A stretch of 64,000 nt of DNA, taken from assembly GCA_029259695.1 (NCBI GenBank), contig JAJDEQ010000056.1, forward strand, positions 30,746 through 94,745, given 5' to 3'. Shown piece by piece: positions 36,025-44,938 of the stretch (the first letter of the stretch is position 1; each line of letters begins with the position of its first letter). Source of the DNA: Planctomycetota bacterium (GTDB lineage Bacteria > Planctomycetota > B15-G4). The translations under genes were made by a program, and so were the position numbers. The notes under the pieces were generated by a model. The model was not told the DNA's origin, searched no databases, and worked only from the letters and a program-made list of their open reading frames with translations.

Positions 36025-38817
36025 CTACTGCCCCGAAGCGAGTTCGCGCAACTCGTTCACCGTCTGGACGCGGGCGGCGTAGCGGGCGTCGTCTTCGTGC
36101 AGGACGTCGAGAGCGGCGGTGGCGTGGAGCAGGGCCGCTTCGTAGTCGCTGGTCTTGAGGTGCAGGCTGGCGAGGGTGTCGAGGGTGGCGGAGAGGCGGT
36201 TGCGGTCGGCGGCCGAGGGGGGCGGGGCGCCTTCGGGCCGCTCCCACAGGCGTTCGAGCAGGCGCACGGCCTGGCGGGCGAAGGCCAGGGCTTCGTCGAG
36301 GGTGGCGCGGTCGCCGGTGTCGTCGTAGATCAGGCCCAGCGTGTACGCGGCGTTGTTGAGGGCCTCGATACTCGTGCCGTTCATGCGCAGGGCGTCGCGC
36401 AGGTGGCCGGCGTAGATCTGCAGGGCGTCGAGCGGGAAGTCGCCGATGTCGCCGTGTTGTCGTTTGAGTTGCTTGAGGCGGGCCAGGCCCAGGTTGAAGT
36501 GGCCTTCGAAGTACTCCGGGTCGAGGGCCACGGCGCGCTCGGCGCAGGCGACCGCTTCGGCGAGCAGCTCGTCGTCGCGCTCGGGTTGCAGTTCGGCTTG
36601 TTGCACCCGTACCGAGCTCAGCCCGATCTGGCCCAGGAGGGGGAGCCGCTCGGGTGCGGTGAGGGAGCCGTAGAGTTCGCCGGCCAGGTCGAGCCAGGGG
36701 GTGGCCTTGTCGCGGTAGCGGGCGGCCTCGTCGTCGTAGCCTGCGTCGCGGTAGGCCACGGCGTAGCGCGCCGGTGACGTGCTCTTGCCGTAGGCCTCGT
36801 GGGCGCACCAGGCCACGACCTGGTCGTCGTCGGCGTGTTCGCGACTGGCGCTGGCGAGCCAGGCGGCGGCTTCCTGCTCCAGGCCCTGGACGTCGAGCAG
36901 TTCGTAGCGCGCGCGCACGGCCATTTCGGTGGGCGTGTCGGGTTCCGCTTCGAGCGCCGCCAGTGCGTCGGACGCCTCGTCCCAGTGCCCCCGAGCGGCG
37001 GCGATGCGGAAGGCGAGCCACAGGCTCTGCAGGGTGTCGGTCTTGAACTCGCGGTAGTTGTCGAGGCGTCGGTCGGCGAGTTCGAGGTCGCGTAGCTCGA
37101 ACGAGATGCGCGCGAGCACGTAGTTGAGCTGGTCCCGGTCGGCGTCGGGCTGCCGCGCGGCGCGCTCGAAGGCGCTGTGGGCCTCGTTGTCCCAGCCCGC
37201 CTCGTCGTACACGAAGCCGAGACGCATCCAGTCCTCCCAGGACAGGTCGTCGGCGAGCGTCTCCAGGCGGGCGGTGGCGTCCTGCACGGTAGCCTCGTCG
37301 CCCAGGGCGTCGGCGGTGGCGGAGCGCAGGGCCTGGTACAGGGCCTCGGCGTCGGGGTCGCGGGCCAGGCGTTCGGTCCAGTCCCGGGCGAGCAGCGGGC
37401 GGCCGCGCACCAGGTAGGCGCCGGCGATGGCGGCGATATCGTCCTGGTCCAGGTGGTCGCCCCAGTTGGCGACGAAGGCCTCGATGTCGGCCAGGTCGCG
37501 GCGGTCCTCGGTGATGGAGAGCACCATGGCCTCGCTGGCCTTCTCGGCCAGGGACGTGCGGCGTTGGTCGAGCACGTGACGGGTGCCGAGCGCGCCGAGC
37601 CCGAGGGCCACGACGACGGCCGCCGGCGCGGCCCACGCCCGGCCCCGGGACAGGCGTCCCCCCAGGACCGTGAGCGGCCACGCGACGAGCAGGGTGGCCG
37701 CGACGATCGCGCCCAGGCGCGCGGTCTCCCCCGCTTGCGAAGGCCCGGCCCAGGGTGCGAGCAGCGCCAGGTCGAACGCGAACCAGGCCACGGCCACCAG
37801 CAGCGCGGTGAGCGCCAGCGACGACGTGGCCAACCGGCGCATGGAGCGCACGGCGCGGCCGACCATGCTCACGGGGCGCGCCAGGGTGGGCTGCTGGTGC
37901 AGGTAGCGCTGCAGGTCCGCGGCGAACGCCTCGGCGTCGGCGTAGCGGTCGTCGGGGGACTTCTCCAGCGCCTTGAGGCAGACCGCTTCGAGGTCGGCGT
38001 TCACGCCCGGTTGCAGCTTGCGCGGTGAGGCGGGTGCGCGGGTGAGGATGTCGATGAACACGCCCTGGGCCGTCTTGGCGGTGAACGGCACGCGGTGCGT
38101 GAGCATGCGGTAGAGCACCGCGCCCAGGCTGTACACGTCGGTGCGCGCGTCGAGAGTGCCGCGGGCCGGGTCGACCTGCTCGGGGCTCAGGTAGTGCGGC
38201 GTGCCCATCAGCGCACCGGTGCGTGACAGGCCGAGCTTGTCCTCGACCTTGGCCAGGCCGAAGTCGGTCAGCTTGGGTTCACCCGTCTCGGTGAGCAGCA
38301 CGTTGGCGGGTTTCACGTCCCGGTGGATCACGTTGTGCACGTGGGCGTGGGCCAGCGCATCGGCGAGGCGCGCGGTGACGGACGCCGACCATTCGCAGTG
38401 CGTCGCGTCGGTGCGCTCTTCCTTCCAGCGCCGCTCCTCGAGTTCGTCCTCCAGGCTGCCGCCGGTGACGTACTCCTGCACGATGGCGTGGTGACCGCCC
38501 AGCTCCATCAGGCCGTGGACGGACACGATGCTCGGGTGAGCCAGGCGTCCGGCCGCTTCGGCCTCGCGCTTGAAGCGCTCCACCTGTTCGCCCGTGAAGG
38601 TGATCTCGGCCGGCAGGATCTTCACGGCCACCTGGCGGTCGAGCGACTCCTGGTGCGCCTCGAAGACCACGCCTTGGGCGCCCCGGCCCAACTCGCGCAC
38701 CAGGGTGAAGTCGCCCCAGCGCGCGCCGGGCTCGATGCGCGTGCCGGGATCGCCTGCGGCTTCGGCCGCCAGCGTGGGTTCCCGTTCCCCGTCCCGCGTT
38801 GGATCCACCTCGGTCAT
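36025..38817 (-). CDS. Membrane-spanning Hanks-type Ser/Thr kinase with C-terminal TPR-like domain (paralog B), 930 aa
   Basis: 'LGRGAQGVV', 'VAVKIL', 'HRDVKPANVLL', 'DFGLA', 'YLSPEQ'. Three TM-like segments follow the kinase domain. Long stretches are near-identical to paralog A at DNA level (for example 37940-37985 versus 28512-28557). Confidence 0.9.
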   Translation of the reverse strand: MTEVDPTRDGEREPTLAAEAAGDPGTRIEPGARWGDFTLVRELGRGAQGVVFEAHQESLDRQVAVKILPAEITFTGEQVERFKREAEAAGRLAHPSIVSVHGLMELGGHHAIVQEYVTGGSLEDELEERRWKEERTDATHCEWSASVTARLADALAHAHVHNVIHRDVKPANVLLTETGEPKLTDFGLAKVEDKLGLSRTGALMGTPHYLSPEQVDPARGTLDARTDVYSLGAVLYRMLTHRVPFTAKTAQGVFIDILTRAPASPRKLQPGVNADLEAVCLKALEKSPDDRYADAEAFAADLQRYLHQQPTLARPVSMVGRAVRSMRRLATSSLALTALLVAVAWFAFDLALLAPWAGPSQAGETARLGAIVAATLLVAWPLTVLGGRLSRGRAWAAPAAVVVALGLGALGTRHVLDQRRTSLAEKASEAMVLSITEDRRDLADIEAFVANWGDHLDQDDIAAIAGAYLVRGRPLLARDWTERLARDPDAEALYQALRSATADALGDEATVQDATARLETLADDLSWEDWMRLGFVYDEAGWDNEAHSAFERAARQPDADRDQLNYVLARISFELRDLELADRRLDNYREFKTDTLQSLWLAFRIAAARGHWDEASDALAALEAEPDTPTEMAVRARYELLDVQGLEQEAAAWLASASREHADDDQVVAWCAHEAYGKSTSPARYAVAYRDAGYDDEAARYRDKATPWLDLAGELYGSLTAPERLPLLGQIGLSSVRVQQAELQPERDDELLAEAVACAERAVALDPEYFEGHFNLGLARLKQLKRQHGDIGDFPLDALQIYAGHLRDALRMNGTSIEALNNAAYTLGLIYDDTGDRATLDEALAFARQAVRLLERLWERPEGAPPPSAADRNRLSATLDTLASLHLKTSDYEAALLHATAALDVLHEDDARYAARVQTVNELRELASGQ

Positions 38818-38847
38818 CGACCGGGATCTTAAACTAGCCGGGTCTCT

Positions 38848-41800
38848 TCAGCGCTCGGGCTCGACGGTCACGTCGTCGATCCACACCGAACCGCTGTGGA
38901 CGTCGAAGAACAGCCAGGACTGCAGGGGCTCGCCGGCCGCATCCACGGCTGCGAGCACGCCCACCGGGACCACGAACTCGACCGTCTCCCAGGTCTCGAA
39001 GCCGTCCGAACGGGCGTCGCCCAGTTCGGTGAGGGCCGCCGCGCCGAAACGAGCGGCGCCGAGGCTCATGCGCAGCTTCGCGCCGGGGCCCGCCCAGACC
39101 CGCGCGCGCACTCGCAGCGGGACGTCCACCGGCAGGGGCTCCGACACGAGCGTGTAGGCCTGCCTGGCCGTGGCCGAGGGGTTGTCGATGCGCAGGGAGC
39201 GCTGGCCGGCGTAGGCCCAGGTGTCGTCGAGGGTCACGAGACCGAGCTCGGCCACGCCGAAGTGGGGCGGCACCTGGCGCCAGTCGTTGCCCGCGGCGAG
39301 TTCGGCCGGCAGGGGGGCCGCCTCGAACGTGCCCTGGCTGAGCAGGTCGTGGATCAGCATGTCGCGGCGCGAGCGCAGTCGCAGGGCGTCGACGCGCAGC
39401 TTCGGTTCACCGTTCACCAGCGAGATCGCCACGCGCAGGCCGGCCTGCGCGTCCTGTGGCGTGAGTTCGAACTCCGCGCTGGTGGTCTCCCAGCCGAACA
39501 GTCCCGTGGGCCGGAGCGAGGCGAGCACGTCGCCGTCGTGCAGGGATTCGACGCGCACTTCCGAGCCCGTGGGCGACGTGCTGCGCAGCCAGGTCGAGAG
39601 CAGGTAGGGGCCGGGCGCGAGGTCGGTCAGCTCCTGCCACAGGACGACGTCGCCGCGGCGCGAGTCGAGTTGCAGCGAGCTGTCGCCGGCGGCCGGGTCG
39701 TCGCCCAGCAGCTTGGCGCCGCCGAGGCCGTCCTTGGTCCAGGCCTCCAGGTCGTGCTCGAAGGCCCCGCCGAGCGGCAGGGAAGCGCGCAGGGGGGACG
39801 GCGCGCGCAGCGGCAGCACGCTGGCTGCGTTGAGCGTGACCTGGCCGCCGCCCTCGATGTCGACGCGCAGGGCGAAGGTCGCCAGCGAGCCGCCGTCGGT
39901 GTCGCGCGCCTCGAAGCTGAAGTCCTTCGCGCGAGCCGAGTCCAGCTCCAACGCCCCGGCCACGTTGCCCGTGAGTTCGTTGACGAACAGCAGGCGTCCG
40001 GGCGTGGAGGCGGCCGCGGTGCCCATCACGAGCAGGCGTTCACCGCCCGGCGTCGCGCCGAAGCGCGCCACCACGGTGCCGTCGGACGCGGGCGACGTGT
40101 CGAGCACCAGGTTCGGCAGCAGCCGCGCGTCCCACGCGCTGCCGGCGATCACCTCGACGTTGTCGACGGTCAAGGCGCCCCCTCCGTTGCTGCGGATCTC
40201 GAGCAGCCCGTCCACGTTCGCACCGGACGGGACCGTGCCGCTGGCGGTGGCGTAACCGCCGGGGCCGTCGCGCAGCGGCGTCTTGGCGACGGTCTGAGCC
40301 GTGCCCGCTACGGAGAGTCGGAGCTGGGCGGTGCCGACGCCGGACGTCGTGTCGTGCACGAGCAGGTGGTAGCGCTCGCCGGCCACCAGCGGGCCGATCG
40401 TCTGCTCGACGCGACTCGCGCCGCCCGCGGGCAGCCGCAGCGCGGCCCGGCCGGAGACGGCGTCGGTGCTGTGCTCGACGTCGCCCACGACCTGCCAGCC
40501 GACCGGGAGGTCGTCCTCCCAGCGCTCGAACCCGGCGTGCTCGGCCAGGTTGTCGCTGGGCGTGGAGAGCAGCTCGAGCACGTTGGCCGTGGCCACCTCA
40601 CCGTCCTCGAAGGGCACGGGCAGGTCGAAGAAGATCGGCCACTGCATGCTGCCGGCGTTGAGCACCGTGCCGAAGTCGTGGTGTGACGAGATCGCGGTGA
40701 ACCCGTCGCGCGCCGGCGCGTCGGCCAGCACCATCAGGTTGCCGGGGACGCCGGCCGTCGTGTTGGGGCTGCGGCGCCCGTCCACGAGCTCCATGTGGGC
40801 CCCGTCGACCTCGCCGCCGACGATCGTCATCCACCCGCTCACGGACGTGCCGCCCACGTCGACCGTGGCGTGCTTGATGCCGAACAGGTCGCCGCCCTGC
40901 AGGCCGAGTCCGGCGAACAGCGGGTGCTCGGGTTGCAGCACGCGGTAGTAGCCGTAGCGGTCGGCGTACTTGTAACAGGCCGTGATGCCGCCGTAGATGT
41001 ACTCGTGGCAGAAGTTCGTGAGCAGCGTGCTCCAGCCCGCGTTGCGCCAACCCAGCCCCAGCGTGCGGTCGGGCGGGTCGAGCACCGGCGGTCCGGCCCA
41101 GAGCGTGGTCACCAGCGCGCGCTCCTCGGCGTCGGTGCTGTCGAACAGCGGGTCGGAGGTGGGCTGCTTGTGACAGCGGATGGCGTTGTCGCCGTCCTCG
41201 AAGCGCACCTGCCAGTAGCAGGAGTTGCCGGCCATCACGAACACCGCGCCCCCGTTGCCGATGAAGGCGTCGACGGCGTCGCGCATGCTGCGCGACCAGT
41301 ACTCGTGGTGGCCGAACAGCACGAGCAGGCGGTAGGGGTCGAGCAGGCCCGGGTCGAGGTGCAGGTCCACGTCGCTCGCGTACTCGACCCCGTAGCCGGC
41401 CTGGTCGAACCAGTCGATCAGGTGCGGGTACCACTGGCCCGCCGGGGACGTGGGATCGATCGGGCGCGCCCACGACACGATCGGTTCGCGCGGCCCGTAG
41501 GCGCTCGCGTACAGGCTGGCGCCGCCCCAGGCGTTGTAGGCGGTGATGGTGCAGTCGGGTCGCAGCGAGATGATCGAGGTCGTGCTGCCGGGTTCGTCCT
41601 CGCGCACGATGAACGGGATGTCGAACAGGTCGGGTTCGGCCCGCGGTCCCGCGCGCAGCCGGGCGACGTACAGGCCCGACTTCCAGTCGCTCGGCACGTC
41701 GTGTTCGTAGCTGGTGGCCCAGCCCGCGCCGACGGCCCACGCTTCGGGTGGGATCGGCTGGGTGCCGCCTGGCAGGCCGGTGACCTGCCCCACGTGGGTC

Positions 41801-42183
41801 TCGCCGGCGCCGATGCGCAGGAAGTCGATCGCGTAGGTCGGGTGGGTGGTGGAGACCGCGAAGCCGATGCGCTCGCCCTGGGCGACGCTGAGACGGTCGG
41901 GGTGTCCCTCGAGCGGTCCGGGTGCGAACGAACCGTCACCGGCCGGGCCGGACTCCTCGAGCGCTGCGTCGCCGGCGAGGAACACGTCGAGCACCTGCTG
42001 CGGGCTCGGTGTGTGAGCCTGCGCCTGCATGCGCAGCCCTTCGGCGAAGCGCAGCGGGTCGTCCACCGTGACGGCGCGTTCGGCGGCCGGGAGCAGCGGA
42101 CGGACTTCGTCCCCGGAGGTCGTACGGCAGCCTGCACCCGTCAAGGCGAACGCACACAGCGTCAGCCCGACGCCGAGGCCCAC
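38848..42183 (-). CDS. Lipoprotein (1111 aa) with N,N-dimethylformamidase-beta-subunit-like domain and three C-terminal carbohydrate-binding-module-like domains
   Basis: Lipobox 'LTGAGC' after a GTG start. 'TAYNAWGGASLYAS' and 'GHHEYWSRSMRDAVDAFIGNGGAVFVMAGNSCYWQVRFE' match my recollection of the DMFase large-subunit-like family (not verified). Three ~150-aa modules end 'VDNVEVI', 'LRVDALRL' and 'VWIDDVTVEP', typical of CBM4/9- or galactose-binding-like folds. Confidence 0.75.
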   Translation of the reverse strand: MGLGVGLTLCAFALTGAGCRTTSGDEVRPLLPAAERAVTVDDPLRFAEGLRMQAQAHTPSPQQVLDVFLAGDAALEESGPAGDGSFAPGPLEGHPDRLSVAQGERIGFAVSTTHPTYAIDFLRIGAGETHVGQVTGLPGGTQPIPPEAWAVGAGWATSYEHDVPSDWKSGLYVARLRAGPRAEPDLFDIPFIVREDEPGSTTSIISLRPDCTITAYNAWGGASLYASAYGPREPIVSWARPIDPTSPAGQWYPHLIDWFDQAGYGVEYASDVDLHLDPGLLDPYRLLVLFGHHEYWSRSMRDAVDAFIGNGGAVFVMAGNSCYWQVRFEDGDNAIRCHKQPTSDPLFDSTDAEERALVTTLWAGPPVLDPPDRTLGLGWRNAGWSTLLTNFCHEYIYGGITACYKYADRYGYYRVLQPEHPLFAGLGLQGGDLFGIKHATVDVGGTSVSGWMTIVGGEVDGAHMELVDGRRSPNTTAGVPGNLMVLADAPARDGFTAISSHHDFGTVLNAGSMQWPIFFDLPVPFEDGEVATANVLELLSTPSDNLAEHAGFERWEDDLPVGWQVVGDVEHSTDAVSGRAALRLPAGGASRVEQTIGPLVAGERYHLLVHDTTSGVGTAQLRLSVAGTAQTVAKTPLRDGPGGYATASGTVPSGANVDGLLEIRSNGGGALTVDNVEVIAGSAWDARLLPNLVLDTSPASDGTVVARFGATPGGERLLVMGTAAASTPGRLLFVNELTGNVAGALELDSARAKDFSFEARDTDGGSLATFALRVDIEGGGQVTLNAASVLPLRAPSPLRASLPLGGAFEHDLEAWTKDGLGGAKLLGDDPAAGDSSLQLDSRRGDVVLWQELTDLAPGPYLLSTWLRSTSPTGSEVRVESLHDGDVLASLRPTGLFGWETTSAEFELTPQDAQAGLRVAISLVNGEPKLRVDALRLRSRRDMLIHDLLSQGTFEAAPLPAELAAGNDWRQVPPHFGVAELGLVTLDDTWAYAGQRSLRIDNPSATARQAYTLVSEPLPVDVPLRVRARVWAGPGAKLRMSLGAARFGAAALTELGDARSDGFETWETVEFVVPVGVLAAVDAAGEPLQSWLFFDVHSGSVWIDDVTVEPER

Positions 42184-42292
42184 TTTCGAACGCGTGAGAA
42201 CCGTGGGAGGTTCCTTCGGGGAGCGTGTTCGTGTCGAGGTGGTCGAGTCACAAGAGCATACCCGACCCCTCTGGGAGCGGCTCCCGGATCGC

Positions 42293-43336
42293 TCAGGAGA
42301 ACTTCTCCCAGTGCTCCTCCGGCATGTCCTGGGCGATCTTCAGGGCCCCGTTGCAGCCGGCAAACAGGGGCTCCTCGCACTTCGTGACGCGGCCGCCGCC
42401 GAGCTCGTCCATGGCCCGCTCGATGGCCCGGTCGAGGCCGCGGATCATGGAGCCGCCGCCGCCCAGCAGCACGTTCTCGCGCAAGCGGTGCTGGAAGTCC
42501 GGCTCGAACGAACCGATCAGGCGCGCCATGGCCTCGGCGATCGGCTTGGCGATCGAGGCGCAGGCCTCGACCACGTCCTTGGTCACGTCGAACTCCTGGG
42601 GACGGCCGTCCACCGGGAGCGTCACCTTGATCGGCGTGCCGGTGTCCTCGACGGTCGCGAAGCGCTCCTTCAGGTCCTTGACCATGTGGATGCTGAACTG
42701 GGCGCCCTTGCACGACGTCTTCATGCGATCCAGGAGGGCCCGGTCCACGAAGTCGCCGGCCGTGTCGAGCGTGAGCTGGTCGTCCACCGTGGGCAGCACG
42801 CCGTGCATGCGGCACAGGTCCACGGTCCCGGCGCCGATGTCGATCACCAGCGTCTCGTCGAGCCGGTCGAGCCCGTAGGCCACCGCGAAGGGTTCCGAGC
42901 AGATCAGCACCGAGTCGACCAGACCCTTGACCGACTCGATGATCAGGCGCTTGTTCTCGCTCGATGCGAGCGCCGGTGCGCCGATCACGCAGTACGTCAG
43001 GTCACCCTGGCGCGGCCGGGCCAGCTCCAGTGCGTGGCGCACGATGTCCTTCGCCGCCTCGAACTCGGTGTTGGCCTCGCCCTCCGAGATGCCCTCACTC
43101 TTGATCACGCCCTCGGCGAGGGGCTGGTGGAAGTCCAGCGACGTGCGGCGCTCGAGTGCTTCGGCGCCGTAGATCGCCTTGCGGTTCCCGAACAGCTTGC
43201 GGGAGACGACATCCTTCGGGTAGCCGACGCACGTCGCCATCGACTCGCGCACGCCGTTGCTGGCGGCCACGGCCGTGCGGCTCGTTCCCAGGTCCATCCC
43301 GATGTAGAGGATGCCTTCGTCTTTCTTCTTGGTCAC
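42293..43336 (-). CDS. MamK-family actin-like protein, 347 aa
   Basis: GTG start with GGGAG 4-5 nt upstream. 'IGMDLGTSRTAV' (phosphate-1), 'GYPKDVV', 'SEPFAVAYGL', 'VIDIGAGTVDLC' (phosphate-2), 'LLGGGGSMIRGLDRAI' (adenosine), 'EPLFAGCNGALKIA'. By recollection it is collinear along its length with Magnetospirillum MamK ('GYPKDVI', 'IVDIGAGTTDIC', 'FAGGGSRIRGL'). Confidence 0.85.
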   Translation of the reverse strand: MTKKKDEGILYIGMDLGTSRTAVAASNGVRESMATCVGYPKDVVSRKLFGNRKAIYGAEALERRTSLDFHQPLAEGVIKSEGISEGEANTEFEAAKDIVRHALELARPRQGDLTYCVIGAPALASSENKRLIIESVKGLVDSVLICSEPFAVAYGLDRLDETLVIDIGAGTVDLCRMHGVLPTVDDQLTLDTAGDFVDRALLDRMKTSCKGAQFSIHMVKDLKERFATVEDTGTPIKVTLPVDGRPQEFDVTKDVVEACASIAKPIAEAMARLIGSFEPDFQHRLRENVLLGGGGSMIRGLDRAIERAMDELGGGRVTKCEEPLFAGCNGALKIAQDMPEEHWEKFS

Positions 43337-43420
43337 GTCGCTCCCGTCTTCATGTGTGGGTCGCGTGCGCCGATCGATCGGCGCGGACGACCCGTCGTTC
43401 GCTGGCGGTGGAGATCGAGG

Positions 43421-43996
43421 TCACGAGGGGTCGCTGGACTCCCTCAGCGCCAGGTTCTCCTCCACGATCTTGGTCAGCAGCGAGATCTTCTTGCGGTCGT
43501 GCTGCGCGTCCACGGCGCCGCCGGCCAGCGGCGAGTCACTCCAGGTCGTCGCCAGTCCCTCGATCGGCAGGCTCTCGAGCTGGAGGCGCAGCGTGGCGAC
43601 GTCGGACTCGCTCGACTCGAGGTCGCGGGCCATCGCCTTGAGGCGCCGCCGCAGGAACTGGATCTCCTCGGCCTGGTCCACGTCGAGTCCCGCGACGAAC
43701 GGGCGCGGCCCGAAGGGTCTGGGGGACCCCGCCGGGTCGACCTCCGTCGCCGTGTCCGCGTCGGCCACGGGCCGTCGGGTCAGGGGGTCGGCCGCGCGGC
43801 GGCGCAGGGCCGATCGCGAGAAGCCCGAGCTGCTGACAAGCCCGTCGGATCGACGCCACGCGGCGGCGTCTCGGGTGCCCAGCTTGTGCCACATGGGTCT
43901 CGGCTCGTCGGGCTCACGCCCGGGGGGGATTCGCTGCGGGTGGATCCCGCCCGTGAATTGATCGGTATTTCCCCACTCCGAATCAAGGCAACTCAT
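43421..43996 (-). CDS. Hypothetical protein with C-terminal coiled-coil, immediately upstream of the MamK-like gene
   Basis: The C-terminal ~90 aa 'QAEEIQFLRRRLKAMARDLESSESDVATLRLQLESL...LLTKIVEENLALRE' are heptad-like. The N-terminal half is P/R/G-rich and disordered-looking. Start is uncertain (ATG 43996 or ATG 43894). Stop lies 84 nt before the MamK-like start. Confidence 0.5.
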   Translation of the reverse strand: MSCLDSEWGNTDQFTGGIHPQRIPPGREPDEPRPMWHKLGTRDAAAWRRSDGLVSSSGFSRSALRRRAADPLTRRPVADADTATEVDPAGSPRPFGPRPFVAGLDVDQAEEIQFLRRRLKAMARDLESSESDVATLRLQLESLPIEGLATTWSDSPLAGGAVDAQHDRKKISLLTKIVEENLALRESSDPS

Positions 43997-44232
43997 CGTC
44001 AGTGTCCGCGGCGGCCGGCTGCCGAGGCATGGGGGAACATGCCCCTGGCGCTATACTGCGCGTCTCAGCGCGGAAACGGACCGCCCCGGACGAATCGCCG
44101 GGACGTCGCCGATGCCGGGCGGAGGGGAGCCATGCGAGGTGGGTCCCCGGGTCGCGAGACCCCAGGTCGAAGAGGCAGTCGGGCAGGCAGTCGGGCAAGC
44201 CCTGGCGGGCGGCAGGATCGGAGGCGAGGGGC

Positions 44233-44721
44233 ATGGCGGTCGTGACCCGCAGGCGGCTCGATGGGGCACGCCTGCCCTCCCGGCGTCTGGCCCGGGCCCT
44301 GCCGTTGCTGGAGGCGAGCATGCCGCGGCTGCACGCAGCCCACGGGGGCTTTCGCATCGAGGGACACGTGCCCGAGCTCTCGCGGGCCTTCCAGGACCTG
44401 GTGGACCTGCTGTCGGGGCAGTTCGGGGTGGGGACCAAGCGCGTCGTGCTGCGCGATCGCCCGCGTCCGCACCGTCGCCGGGGCGGACGCATCGTCTACG
44501 AGCTGCACGGGAGTTGCGAGCAGGAGGGGACGGTCGAGGTCTACCTGCGCACGGCGGCGCGGGCCCAGCCCGTGGCGCTGCCCACGTTGCTCAACACGGT
44601 GCTGCACGAGTGGATGCACCACTGGGACTTCGAGACCTTCGGCACGTCGATCCACTGCCGCGGCTTCTACGAGCGACTGCGCCAGGTGTACCGCCCGCTG
44701 CGCGTCCGGCTCTCCGCGTGA
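44233..44721 (+). CDS. Putative zinc metallopeptidase (HExxH; SprT/YgjP-like), 162 aa
   Basis: ATG 44233 preceded by GGAGGCGAGGGG. 'TLLNTVLHEWMHHWDFETFG' contains HExxH, followed by 'HCRGFYERL'. The family call is weak. Confidence 0.5.
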   Translation: MAVVTRRRLDGARLPSRRLARALPLLEASMPRLHAAHGGFRIEGHVPELSRAFQDLVDLLSGQFGVGTKRVVLRDRPRPHRRRGGRIVYELHGSCEQEGTVEVYLRTAARAQPVALPTLLNTVLHEWMHHWDFETFGTSIHCRGFYERLRQVYRPLRVRLSA

Positions 44722-44938
44722 TCGCGAACGGGGCCGGCTCCCGGGCGCAGCCTCCCGCGCCGGGGCGGTCACGGGGCCGACACAACGGCGCCACCTGGGT
44801 CCGGCAGGTCGGCGCTACGATGGGCGACGCTGGATCGGACGCGCCCGGCGCGCCTTCCCTCCTTCCGACGAGCGGCACCCTGCACGTGCCCCGTCCCTCA
44901 GACTGCCCCCGATACCCAGTGCCCTTGGAGCGACGACC

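Noticed and set aside
42293-43336. The MamK-like gene as a marker of a magnetosome gene island
   Set aside because: No homologs of MamA/B/M/E/O/P/I/L/Q or mms genes are recognisable in the window. The flanking genes are a lipoprotein, a kinase and a coiled-coil protein. I treat it as a MamK-family actin in a different context.
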